This document shows, in pieces, positions 60,701 through 64,000 of a DNA stretch of 64,000 bases; position 1 is the stretch's first letter, and every line of letters begins with the position of its first letter. A program made the translations under genes and the position numbers. This DNA is from Raillietiella orientalis (taxonomy: Eukaryota). The notes under the pieces are model-generated. The model was not told the DNA's origin. It did not search any database and worked only from the letters and a program-made list of their open reading frames with translations. The stretch lies in assembly GCA_036172245.1 (NCBI GenBank), contig JAYWIR010000002.1, forward strand, positions 3,410,001-3,474,000, in the 5' to 3' direction.

Positions 60701-63627
60701 CGGTGCTCGCGAAGGGTGCGCTTCTGGTCACGCACTCCTCCCCTGGGCGGCGCCACCACCACGCTGTTGTTTGCAGCGCATCCCCCCCCCCCCCCTGCTC
60801 TTCACGAAGCTGCGGCGCCGTTTCACGCGCGGGAGCGAGCTCCGGGGCTCGAGACTCGCTTGGCGCAGTGTAGTGGCTCCCAGACGGATCGGCCGCATCG
60901 GAGCGCGCGCCCGTCGCGGCGCGCAGGCGCGGAAACAGCGCGAGTTTCCCCCTCGTGCGGAGCGCACGCACGCGCTTTCCCCCGCCTCCTCTTCCCCCGT
61001 GAGCGCGAACTGCGCATGACCGCGAGACGGGGGCGCAGCAGCAGCGGCAGCAGCCCAGATGCGCGCGGGAATCACAGCAGCGGCAGCGGTAGGCAGGCGG
61101 GTGAATACGCGTGCGCGCGCAACGGAGGCTGCCGAGCCCCCGGAGAGCGCGCCGCCGCCGATTGTTGCGTCGAGCCCACGTGACTGAGGGAGACGCTCGG
61201 CGTTCTTCGGCGCGGCGGCTGCAGCCAGGGAAAAGTGCGAGCAAAAGGGGCCGCCGTGCATCCCTTGCGCTGTGAGGATGATAACGAGTGGGGCCTTCTC
61301 CCATTTCCCCTCCCCTCCCCCCCACCTCTCTTCGCCCTCCGTTCCCCTCCGGAAAAGTGTGCGAGCCTGCTCATCCCGGTGCTCCTTGCCTCCCCTCCCT
61401 CCCCTTTGGTCTGTCTCTCCCACCCACCCAGCCCCTCCCCGTGCTGTGCCCCCCGTTCGGCTCGCCGGAGCTGCTTCGATCGCATAGAGTGGGGAAGGGA
61501 GCCGGGGGAGGGGACGACCCGGTTCAAGGACGCACCCGTGCTTTGTCTTCGTCGACGCAACACGTACGTACGTGTGCATCTGGGTGTAACGGGGAGATTC
61601 TGCGTGCGTGCGTGCCCCCTAGCTGGCAGCAGCGTCTGCTCCCGTTCGGTAAGGTTGAATGACAGCGGCGCGACGGCCCCTCGGTGTTCCCTGCGCGCGA
61701 GAAAGGAAGCTTCCCTGGGATTGTGCGGCGGAACGACCCGCGGACGCCCTTCTCCCTCCCTTTCCTGTGGACCTTGCACGCGCGCGCACAAGCGGGGGCG
61801 TCTTCGCGGCCCTCTGCTGGTGGAGGCAGCAGCGTTCTGCCGCACCCTCCGATGAGAAGCACTCCATGCTGCGCGGGGCTGGGGCGGAGGGGAAAGCGGG
61901 CGTGCCGCCCGCGTCCCGGACGTCGCCGTCGTCAAGGCAACCGAGCAGCGGCTCCGCCGCACGGAACGCATGCGTGTTCCGCCTGTTCCTGCGCTCGCGC
62001 ACACTTCCAGGGCAAGAGGGCCGCGTACGCAACATCTGCAGCAACCCCCAGCCAGGAAGCCGTAATTTAATACCCCGGCCGGAGGGGGGAGGTTCGCTGG
62101 CAGCCAATGGGAGCGCACCGAGCTCGTGGCGGGCGCGCGGGTTTTCCCCCCATGCGCGTCGTCTTCGTCATCGTCCGCTATGGGGAGGGGAGAGAGCGCG
62201 TTCGAGCCCAGAGCCAGGGAGGGGAGAGGAAGCTGCCTCCTTTCCCCTACTGCCCCCCACTGCTGCCGCCGCCACCCCACGCAACCGACCCTCGGGGTCT
62301 CTCCTTCTCGGGTCGACCGACCATGGCAGCGCTCACTGGGCTCGCGCGCGCCGGGAGCGAGAGGCGCGGAGCTCGCCTCCCCCTCCTCCTCCCGCGGGAA
62401 GAACACCGCACGCGGCGCTACCGGCAGGGAGCGAGGAGGGAAGGCGGGCGGAGGCGGAAGGCGGCGGCGGGAGCGCTCGGGCGATCGATCGGTGCGGCTA
62501 CGGCAGCGGCACCTCGCGCTCCCTTCCTCCCCTTCCCGGAAGCCGCTGCTGCGGAATGAGACAAGGCGTCATCCCTCCGAACTCCTCTGCCCTCCTGAGG
62601 GGGGGAGGGAGGAGGAACGGGAATCGAAGGGGAGCAGCACGATCGAAGGAGCGGTGGGATGAACAGCCGCCGTTGCCAGTCTCCCGGACGGCGGAGGGAA
62701 GGTTGCCATGGTTACCCCTCCCCCCTCCTCCTTTTCCTCTCTTTTTTCTTTCTTTCTTTTTGTCTCCCCCTTTCTCCCCGAGCGGGTTCCCCGTTCCCGC
62801 CGGATGCCATGCGTGCGCGCGAATTGCACCCGCACGGTCGTGCCGAAGGGGAAGTCGTGGGCGCGCGCGCGACGTGCGAAGCGGCAGCTGCTGGTCGCGG
62901 GCACGGAGGAAGGCAGGAGTGGGGACGAGGAGAGGGCAGGAGGAGATCGGCCCTATTCCTCTCCCCCACGTCCCTCGGTGGTGAGTAGGGCTTCGCGGAA
63001 AGTTTTTCCTGCCGACGTTCTGGAAGGGCGTGGCAGGGGTCGTGCCCCTCGGGAGAGGGAGGATGCCACGACCCTTTTCCCTCCAAGGGACGGCTCCTCC
63101 CTCCCCTCCTCACCAGTGAGAACGCCCGCCCATCCCCTTCGCCTGCTCCCCGACCGGAGTTATCGATTCCCGCGGCGGCGGCGCGACGAATCCTCTGTCG
63201 CGGACGCAGCCGCTTCTTCCCCCTCCCCCCCCCGCGTGGGTCCGACGCCGTCTTTGCCCCGGGGCATCCCGGATGCGCGCACCGCCGCCTGCCGGAAACG
63301 CTCCCGGCGGTGGCTGGCGGCGCCGCAGCAGGTACCTCCAGCCAGGTCCCCTCCAGGCGCTTCCCCTCGCATTTAAGGCGAGCTGCCCGTCGGCGCGGAC
63401 GGAGAATCGGGAACGCTTCCGGCCGGAGGGGTCGGGAGGGGCGAGGCGGGTGTTCCCGGTGTTCCCCTGCCCTCCCTGCTGCCCTCCCTCCACATCCTAC
63501 CGCCGCCGCTCCCCCCCCCCTCCGTCACCTTCGCTCTTTCCCCCGCTGTCCAGTGCTGTCCCGTCATCATCGTCGTCGTCCCCCCGGGAGCGGCGGCTCC
63601 CCGGCGACGGCCGCCGGGATCTCTGGC

Positions 63628-63706
63628 TCACGTCTCCTTATCACTCTTCAGTCCCAGTTGGTATGCGCACGACATGACTGGACGGAGAACTGATAAGGGC
63701 ACGTGA
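63628..63706 (+). ncRNA. mir-184: microRNA mir-184 precursor hairpin
   Basis: TGGACGGAGAACTGATAAGGGC at 63679-63700 matches the protostome mature miR-184-3p as recalled. The 5p arm ccttatcactcttcagtcccagt (63636-63658) pairs with it, and tcacgt/acgtga closes the basal stem. Confidence 0.97.
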
Positions 63707-64000
63707 CAGGGTCAGCTCGTCGACGGCCGGCCCGAACAGGATGTCGGGAACGCGGCCTCCTCGCTGCCGGCGCCGTGGTGACCCTCCCCCCCATTGTCGC
63801 CGAAAGAGGTCACTGCTTGGCCGGTATGCGGGCATTGTTTTCGGACTCTTAGCGGTGGCGGACGCCGGCCGCTTTAAAAAGGACGCCCGAACCGCGAGGA
63901 TCTGTCCGCCAGCGGCTTTCCGCGTCCGTCCGATCTCCCGAGATGGCCTGCAGCCCGCAGCTCCCGTCGCCGACGACCCTGCTCCGGCCCCTTCTGCCGC

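Noticed and set aside
59600-63500. Long ORFs (e.g. 61072-62406, 444 aa; 61659-62984, 441 aa; 60006-61019)
   Set aside because: They overlap in several frames, are R/G/P/A-rich, and show no recognisable domain. This is expected from very high GC content.

Overview
This is animal genomic DNA, not prokaryotic. It is GC-rich with 53-73 nt spliceosomal introns, and a protostome-type miR-184 plus a U2 5' end reading GATCAAAGTG point to a protostome. Most six-frame ORFs are spurious. Supported content: (1) two apparently intact 9-exon genes (17137-19954, 32948-35733) for secreted pepsin-fold (A1) proteins with non-canonical catalytic motifs (DTT plus DSV or DSA), and decayed paralogues nearby; (2) an ~11 kb near-identical direct duplication (18595-29665 / 34374-45445) that begins inside exon 7 of these genes, leaving them divergent mainly around the cleft-forming exons; (3) a near-full-length dead Tx1/L1-type LINE (~11691-16811) and many decayed LINE 3' ends, several sharing 3'-UTR stem-loops; (4) a Utopia/NeSL-type RLE retrotransposon 3' end still joined to its U2 snRNA target, plus a TSD-flanked 5' U2 retro-fragment present twice; (5) a candidate tRNA-headed SINE; (6) a mir-184 hairpin near the right end. 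All calls come from manual reading and alignment. No database search was run.
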